Origin: Nemertoderma westbladi
Taxonomy: Eukaryota; Animalia; Xenacoelomorpha
Reading direction: 5' to 3'
Assembly (NCBI GenBank): GCA_032718475.1
Contig: JAUCBJ010009154.1
Location: 101,047 to 165,046, forward strand
DNA: 64,000 nucleotides
Shown here piece after piece: positions 56,852 through 64,000 of this stretch. The notes under the pieces were generated by a model that saw only the letters and a list, made by a program, of their open reading frames with translations, was not told the origin of the DNA and made no database searches. The position numbers were made by a program, and so were the translations under genes. How positions within the stretch are numbered: the stretch's first letter is position 1; each line of letters begins with the position of its first letter.

Positions 56852-57805
56852 TTCGGATGCAGAATAAGTCATATAGTGGGGGTAGGGGTTAGTCCCAAGT
56901 CATAATACTATTAACTTGTGCTTCAAATTATCATTTTATAAATTTTAACATCTGTTTAGACTTGTTGCTATGGTAACTGTATTTTCTAATTAACATCAAA
57001 CGGCTTGGATATGGATCTTATAGATGAGTTGCAAAACCCCAAGTTTATATATATTACAGTTTTGCTACACATAGAGTTATCAATATAGATTTGAATGATA
57101 TAGAGTTTAATAAACTACAGTTACCATGGTAACTCAATTTCTGGAATAATTTAAGTTTCACTAAAAGTTCCAACTAGTTGTCCAGATAACACATACCCAG
57201 TTTTGTAAAATTTTATCGTGAAGTCTATGTCCAAATGAATAAGTTTTGAATGAAAACATCTGTTTTCAGCGGTTGTCATGGTAACTGCAAAATAGAACAA
57301 TCAAATTCGGATGCAGAATAAGTTATATAGTGGGGGTAGGGGTTGGTCCCAAGTCATAACACCTTGTCCTTAAGCTTCAAATTATCATTTTATAAATTTG
57401 AACATCTGTTTAGCCTGGTTGCCAAGGTAACTGGATTTTCTATTTAACCTCAATCGGCTCTGCTATGGACCTTATAGTTGAGTTGAGAAACCCCAAGTTT
57501 ATATCTATTATAGTTTCCCTACAAATAGAGTTTTAAATATTGACTTGAAATACATAGACTTTTTTCTAAGTCCGTTGCCATGGAAACCAGATTTTTCCTG
57601 AATATGAGACCCATCCCACACGACGCGCCTCGATGAGTAGTACATACATGCAAAATTTCAGGGTACTTTTAAAGGCTAGTTTTTTCCCCGACCAAAAAAA
57701 AACAAATCTGCCCCACACAAGTAAAATAGCCCACTATGAATAGACCATCTCAGCTAAGGAAAATCTTTCTTAGCGAAAGTAGTTGATTTTCCTTAGCTTC
57801 GTGGA
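56852..57805 (-). mobile_element. 3'-truncated copy F2 of the same element (954 bp)
   Basis: Intact 5' end ...cttcgtgga at 57805. It breaks at the internal site gtaa|ttcggatgcag, where the 5' end of E1 abuts. Confidence 0.85.
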
Positions 57806-58765
57806 TTTGGATGCAGAATAAGTCATATAGTGGGGGTAGGTCTTGGTCCCAAGTCATAATACTATTAACTTGTGCTTCAAATTATCATTTTATAAATTTT
57901 AACATCTGTTTAGTCTTGTTGCTATGGTAACTGGATTGTGTAATTAACCTCGAACGGCTTGTATATGGACCTTATAGATGTGTTGCAAAACCCCAAATTT
58001 ATATATATTACATTATTTTGCTACAAATAGAGTATTGAATTTAGATTTGAATGATATAGACTTTGATAAACTACAGTTACCATGGTAACTAGGTATTTCT
58101 GGAATGTTTTTTTTGTTTCACTAAAAGTTCCAACTAGTGGTCCAGATAACACATACCCAGTTTCGTAAAATTTTATCGCGAAGTCTATGTCCAAATGAGT
58201 AATTTTTGCATAAAAACATCTGTTTTCAGCGGTTGTCATGGTAACTGCAAAATAAAACAATGAAATTCGGACGCAGAATAAATTATATAGTGGGGGTAGG
58301 TGTTGGTCCCAAGTCATAACACCTTCTCCTTAGGCTTCAAATTATCATTTTATAAATTTTAACATCTGTTTAGCCTGGTTGCCAAGGTAACTGGATTTTC
58401 TATTTAACCTCAATCGGCTCTGCTATGGACCTTATAGTTGAGTTGAGAAACCCCAAGTTTATATCTATTATAGTTTCCCTACAAATAGAGTTTTAAATAT
58501 TGACTTGAAATACAGAGACTTTTTTATAAGTCCGTTTCCATGGAAACCAGATTTTTCCTGGATATGAGACCCGGCCCAAAAGATGCGCCTCGATGAGTAG
58601 TATATACATGCAAAATTTCAGGGTACTTTTAAAGGCTAGTTTTTTCACCGGTCAAAAAACCCCAAATCTGCCTCACACAAGTAAAATAGCCCACTATGAA
58701 TAGACCATCTCAGCTAAGGAAAATCTTTCTTAGCGAAAGTAGTTGATTTTCCTTAGCTTCGTGGA
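57806..58765 (-). mobile_element. 3'-truncated copy F3 of the same element (960 bp)
   Basis: Intact 5' end at 58765. It breaks at the same internal position as F2 (|tttggatgcag). Confidence 0.85.
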
Positions 58766-58844
58766 TCAAAATGCATCTGTTTGCAGTGGTTGTCATGGAA
58801 ACTGGAAAATAGAACAATGTAATTCGGATGCAGAATAAGTCATA
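58766..58844 (-). mobile_element. Host copy H, fragment 1 (79 bp)
   Basis: tcaaaatgcatc...aagtcata matches the element interior (E4 59105-59183). Confidence 0.9.
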
Positions 58845-60115
58845 CGAGAAAGGCATTTCCTAAAGGAAATGCAACCACGAAGCTAAGGAAAATTTAACAA
58901 ACGGCCACACTTTGGTTCGTTGCTTAGCCTCGTTTAGTAGCAATTGTCAATAATTAACTTCTATTCCCATGGAAACTAGAGTTCTCTGGAACTGTTGCTT
59001 TAACCTTTGAAAAAAAATTCAGTACAAATTGTGGTTCAGATAACACATATATATACTGAGTTTCAGAAAATATTGTAGTTTATGTCCAAATTACCGATTT
59101 TCTATCAAAATGCATCTGTTTGCAGTGGTTGTCATGGAAACTGAAAAATAGAACAATGTAATTCGGATGCAGAATAAGTCATATAGTGGGGGTAGGGGTT
59201 AGTCCCAAGTCATAATACTATTAACTTGTGCTTCAAATTATCATGTTATAAATTTTAACATCTGTTTAGACTTGTTGCTATGGTAACTGTATTTTCTAAT
59301 TAACCTCAAACGGCTTGGATATGGATCTTATAGATGAGTTGCAAAACCCCAAGTTTATATATATTACAGTTTTGCTACAAATAGAGTTATCAATATAGAT
59401 TTGAATGATATAGAGTTTAATAAACTACAGTTACCATGGTAACTAAATTTCTGGAATAATTTAAGTTTCACTAAAAGTTCCAACTAGTGGTCCAGATAAC
59501 ACATTCCCAGTTTTGTAAAATTTTATCGTGAAGTCTATGTCCAAATGAATAAGTTTTGAATAAAAACATATGTTTTCAGCGGTTGTCATGGTAACTGAAA
59601 AATAGAACAATGTAATTCGGATGCAGAATAAGTTATATAGTGGGGGTAGGGGTTGGTCCCAAGTCATAACACCTTGCCCTTAGGCTTCAAATTAACATTT
59701 TATAAATTTTAACATCTGTTTATCCCGGTTGCCAAGGTAACTGGATTTTCTATTTAGCCTCAATCGGATCTGCTATGGACCTTATAGTTGTGTTGCGAAA
59801 CCCCAAGTTTATATCTATTATAGTTTTCCTACAAATAGAGTTATAAATATTGACTTGAAATACATAGACTTTTTTTGAAGTCCGTTGCCATGGAAACCAG
59901 ATTTTTCCTGGATATGAGACCCGGCCCAAAAGATGCGCCTCGTCGAGTAGTATATACATGCAAAATTTCAGGGTACTTTTAAAGGCTAGTTTTTTCGCCT
60001 ATCAAAAAACCCCAAATCTGCCTCACACAAGTAAAATAGCCCACTATGAATAGACCATCTCAGCTAAGGAAAATCTTTCTTAGCGAAAGTAGTTGATTTT
60101 CCTTAGCTTCGTGGA
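58845..60115 (-). mobile_element. Full-length copy E4 (1271 bp, CTCG 3' end) inserted in H
   Basis: cgagaaaggcatttcc...cttcgtgga; the flanks aagtcata|tagtggggg rejoin with no TSD. Confidence 0.88.
59031..59900. repeat. Central tandem repeat of the element: about 2 x 455-bp units, each a trimer of diverged ~150-bp subunits (shown for E4, present in all copies)
   Basis: gtggt[t/c]cagataacaca occurs at 59031 and 59487. GTTRCCATGGWAAC-like palindromes occur at 58963, 59128, 59274, 59430, 59582, 59728 and 59884. Confidence 0.88.
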
Positions 60116-60155
60116 TAGTGGGGGTAGGGGTTAGTCCCAAGTCATAATACTATTA
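60116..60155 (-). mobile_element. Host copy H, fragment 2 (40 bp)
   Basis: tagtgggggtaggggttagtcccaagtcataatactatta directly continues fragment 1. Confidence 0.9.
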
Positions 60156-61418
60156 CTAGAAAGGCATTTCCTAAAGGAAATGCAACCACGAAGCTAAGGA
60201 AAATTAAACAAACGGCCACAATTTGGTTCGTTGCTTAGCCTAGTTTAGTAGCATTTGCCAATAAATAACTTCTATTCCCATGGAAACTAGAGTTCTCTGG
60301 AACTGTTGGTTTTACCTTTGAAAAAAGATTCAGTCCAGATTGTTTTTCAGATAACACATCGAGTTTCAGAAAATATTGTAGTTTATGTCCAAATTACAGA
60401 TTTTCTATCAAAATGCATCTGTTTGCAGTGGTTGTCATGGAAACTGAAAAATAGAACAATGTAATTCGGATGCAGAATAAGTCATATAGTGGGGGTAGGT
60501 GTTGGTCCCAAGTCATAATACTATTAAATTGTGCTTCAAATTATCATTTTATTAATTTTAACATCTGTTTACTCTTGTTGCTATGGTAAATGGATTTTCT
60601 AATTAACTTCGAACGGCTTGTATATGGACCTTATAGATGAGTTACAAAACCCCAAGTTTATATATATTACAGTTTTGCTAGAAATAGAGTTATCAATATA
60701 GACTTGAATGATATAGAGTTTAATAAACTACAGTTACCATGGTAACTAAATTTCTGGAATGATTTAAGTTTCACTAAAAGTTCCAACTAGTGGTGCAGAT
60801 AACACATACCCAGTTTTGTAAAATTTTATCGCGAAGTCTATGTCCAAATGAATAATTTTTGTATAAAAACATCTGTTTTCGGCTGTTGTCATGGTAACTG
60901 AAAAATAGAACAATGTAATTCGGATGCAGAATAAGTTATATAGTGGGGGTAGGGGTTGGTCTCAAGTCATAACACCTTGCCCTTAGGCCTCAAATTATCA
61001 TTTTATAAATTTTAACATCTGTTTATCCCGGTTGCCAACGTAACTGGATTTTCTATTTAGCCTCAATCGGATCTGCTATGGACCTTATAGTTGTGTTGCA
61101 AAACCCCAAGTTTAAATCTATTATAGTTTTCCTACAAATAGAGTTATAAATATTGACTTGAAATACATAGACTTTTTTTGAAGTCCGTTGCCATGGAAAC
61201 CAGATTTTTCCTGGATATGAGACCCGGCCCAAAAGATGCGCCTCGCCGAGTAGTATATACATGCAAAATTTCAGGGTACTTTTAAAGGCTAGTTTTTTCG
61301 CCTATCAAAAAACCCCAAATCTGCCTCACACAAGTAAAATAGCCCACTATGAATAGACCATCTCAGCTAAGGAAAATCTTTCTTAGCGAAAGTAGTTGAT
61401 TTTCCTTAGCTTCGTGGA
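60156..61418 (-). mobile_element. Full-length copy E5 (1263 bp, CTAG 3' end) inserted in H
   Basis: ctagaaaggcatttcc...cttcgtgga; the flanks actatta|acttgtgc rejoin with no TSD. Confidence 0.88.
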
Positions 61419-61453
61419 ACTTGTGCTTCAAATTATCATTTTATATATTTTAA
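61419..61453 (-). mobile_element. Host copy H, fragment 3 (35 bp)
   Basis: acttgtgcttcaaattatcattttatatattttaa directly continues fragment 2. Confidence 0.9.
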
Positions 61454-62729
61454 CGAGAAAGGCATTTCCTAAAGGAAATGCAACCACGAAGCTAAGGAAA
61501 ATTAAACAAACGGCCACACTTTGGTTCGTTGCTTATAGCCTAGTTTAGTAGCAATTGCCAATAATTTACGTCTATTCCCATGGAAACTAGAGTTCTCTGG
61601 AACTGTGGGTTTTACCTTTGAAAAAAGATTCAGTCCAGATTGTGGTTCAGATTATAACACATATACCGAGTTTCAGAAAATATTGTAGTTTATGTCCAAA
61701 TTACCGATTTTCTATCAAAATGCATCTGTTTGCAGTGGTTGTCATGGAAACTGAAAAATATAATAATGTAATTCGGATGCAGAATAAGTCATATAGTGGG
61801 GGTAGGTCTTGGTCCCAAGTCATAATACTATTAACTTGTGCTTCAAATTATCATTTTATAAATAGTAACATCTGTTTAGTCTTGTTGCTATGGTAACTGT
61901 ACTTTCTAATTAACCTCAAACGGCTTGGATGGATATGGAAATTATAGATGAGTTACAAAACCCCAAGTTTATATATATTACAGTTTTGCTAGAAATAGAG
62001 TTATCAATATAGACTTGAATGATATAGAGTTTAATAAACTACAGTTACCATGGTAACTAAATTTCTGGAATGATTTAAGTTTCACTAAAAGTTCCAACTA
62101 GTGGTGCAGATAACACATACCCAGTTTTGTAAAATTTTATCGCGAAGTCTATGTCCAAATGAATAATTTTTGTATAAAAACATCTGTTTTCGGCTGTTGT
62201 CATGGTAACTGAAAAATAGAACAATGTAATTCGGATGCAGAATAAGTTATATAGTGGGGGTAGGGGTTGGTCTCAAGTCATAACACCTTGCCCTTAGGCC
62301 TCAAATTATCATTTTATAAATTTTAACATCTGTTTATCCCGGTTGCCAACGTAACTGGATTTTCTATTTAGCCTCAATCGGATCTGCTATGGACCTTATA
62401 GTTGTGTTGCAAAACCCCAAGTTTAAATCTATTATAGTTTTCCTACAAATAGAGTTATAAATATTGACTTGAAATACATAGACTTTTTTTGAAGTCCGTT
62501 GCCATGGAAACCAGATTTTTCCTGGATATGAGACCCGGCCCAAAAGATGCGCCTCGCCGAGTAGTATATACATGCAAAATTTCAGGGTACTTTTAAAGGC
62601 TAGTTTTTTCGCCTATCAAAAAACCCCAAATCTGCCTCACACAAGTAAAATAGCCCACTATGAATAGACCATCTCAGCTAAGGAAAATCTTTCTTAGCGA
62701 AAGTAGTTGATTTTCCTTAGCTTCGTGGA
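61454..62729 (-). mobile_element. Full-length copy E6 (1276 bp, CTCG 3' end) inserted in H
   Basis: cgagaaaggcatttcc...cttcgtgga; the flanks ttttaa|catctgttt rejoin with no TSD. Confidence 0.88.
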
Positions 62730-62832
62730 CATCTGTTTAGACTTGTTGCTATGGTAACTGTATTTTCTAATTAACCTCAAACGGCTTGGATATGGATCTT
62801 ATAGATGAGTTGCAAAACCCCAAGTTTATATA
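62730..62832 (-). mobile_element. Host copy H, fragment 4 (103 bp)
   Basis: catctgtttagacttg...caagtttatata directly continues fragment 3. Confidence 0.9.
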
Positions 62833-64000
62833 CGAGAAAGGCATTTCCTAAAGGAAATGCAACCACGAAGCTAAGGAAAATTTAACAAACGGCCACACTT
62901 TGGTTCGTTGCTTAGCCTCGTTTAGTAGCAATTGTCAATAATTAACTTCTATTCCCATGGAAACTAGAGTTCTCTGGAACTGTTGCTTTAACCTTTGAAA
63001 AAAAATTCAGTACAAATTGTGGTTCAGATAACACATATATATACTGAGTTTCAGAAAATATTGTAGTTTATGTCCAAATTACCGATTTTCTATCAAAATG
63101 CATCTGTTTGCAGTGGTTGTCATGGAAACTGAAAAATAGAACAATGTAATTCGGATGCAGAATAAGTCATATAGTGGGGGTAGGGGTTAGTCCCAAGTCA
63201 TAATACTATTAACTTGTGCTTCAAATTATCATGTTATAAATTTTAACATCTGTTTAGACTTGTTGCTATGGTAACTGTATTTTCTAATTAACCTCAAACG
63301 GCTTGGATATGGATCTTATAGATGAGTTGCAAAACCCCAAGTTTATATATATTACAGTTTTGCTACAAATAGAGTTATCAATATAGATTTGAATGATATA
63401 GAGTTTAATAAACTACAGTTACCATGGTAACTAAATTTCTGGAATAATTTAAGTTTCACTAAAAGTTCCAACTAGTGGTCCAGATAACACATTCCCAGTT
63501 TTGTAAAATTTTATCGTGAAGTCTATGTCCAAATGAATAAGTTTTGAATAAAAACATATGTTTTCAGCGGTTGTCATGGTAACTGAAAAATAGAACAATG
63601 TAATTCGGATGCAGAATAAGTTATATAGTGGGGGTAGGGGTTGGTCCCAAGTCATAACACCTTGCCCTTAGGCTTCAAATTAACATTTTATAAATTTTAA
63701 CATCTGTTTATCCCGGTTGCCAAGGTAACTGGATTTTCTATTTAGCCTCAATCGGATCTGCTATGGACCTTATAGTTGTGTTGCGAAACCCCAAGTTTAT
63801 ATCTATTATAGTTTTCCTACAAATAGAGTTATAAATATTGACTTGAAATACATAGACTTTTTTTGAAGTCCGTTGCCATGGAAACCAGATTTTTCCTGGA
63901 TATGAGACCCGGCCCAAAAGATGCGCCTCGTCGAGTAGTATATACATGCAAAATTTCAGGGTACTTTTAAAGGCTAGTTTTTTCGCCTATCAAAAAACCC
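62833..64000 (-). mobile_element. Copy E7 (CTCG 3' end), cut by the window edge; apparently identical to E4
   Basis: Same sequence as E4 at a constant offset of 3988. The ORF track gives identical translations at 59461/63449 and 59750/63738. Confidence 0.88.

Noticed and set aside
59186-59206. G-quadruplex at gtgggggtaggggttagtccc
   Set aside because: It has only two long G-runs, which is insufficient for a canonical intramolecular G4.
56192-63947. Nine 68-98-aa ORFs from the ORF track (MTWDQPLPP..., MYILL..., MKKDSV...)
   Set aside because: They lie in the tandem-repeat interior of a non-autonomous element, recur only because the element recurs, are disrupted in sibling copies and show no recognisable domain (no HUH Rep or helicase motifs).
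58845-64000. Simple ~1.3-kb tandem macrosatellite or rolling-circle concatemer
   Set aside because: The inter-copy sequences are all different, are consecutive pieces of one host copy, and adjacent copies belong to different sequence subtypes.

Overview
Eukaryotic, probably animal, heterochromatin-like window with no credible protein-coding gene. Positions 1-55565 are one uninterrupted satellite array of roughly 1,100-1,200 monomers (estimate). The monomers share a 35-bp core (ctataaatgagtccgccatattaacttatcctttc) and come in 39-, 40- and 55-bp classes, mixed in quasi-random order and amplified in 0.7-6.8-kb blocks. Positions 55571-64000 are a cluster of ~1.27-kb non-autonomous Helentron/DINE-1(HINE)-type rolling-circle elements, all on the minus strand. 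They have a 5'-TCC start, 19-bp asymmetric subterminal inverted repeats, a 5' stem-loop, a 3' hairpin ending in CTAG/CTCG, no TSD, and central ~150-bp/~455-bp tandem repeats. The most striking observation is that the short 'spacers' between four consecutive copies (79, 40, 35 and 103 bp) join seamlessly into one continuous 257-bp piece of the same element. A single host copy has therefore been hit serially, in the same orientation, by its own family. All coordinates and identities were read by eye; no alignment or database search was run.
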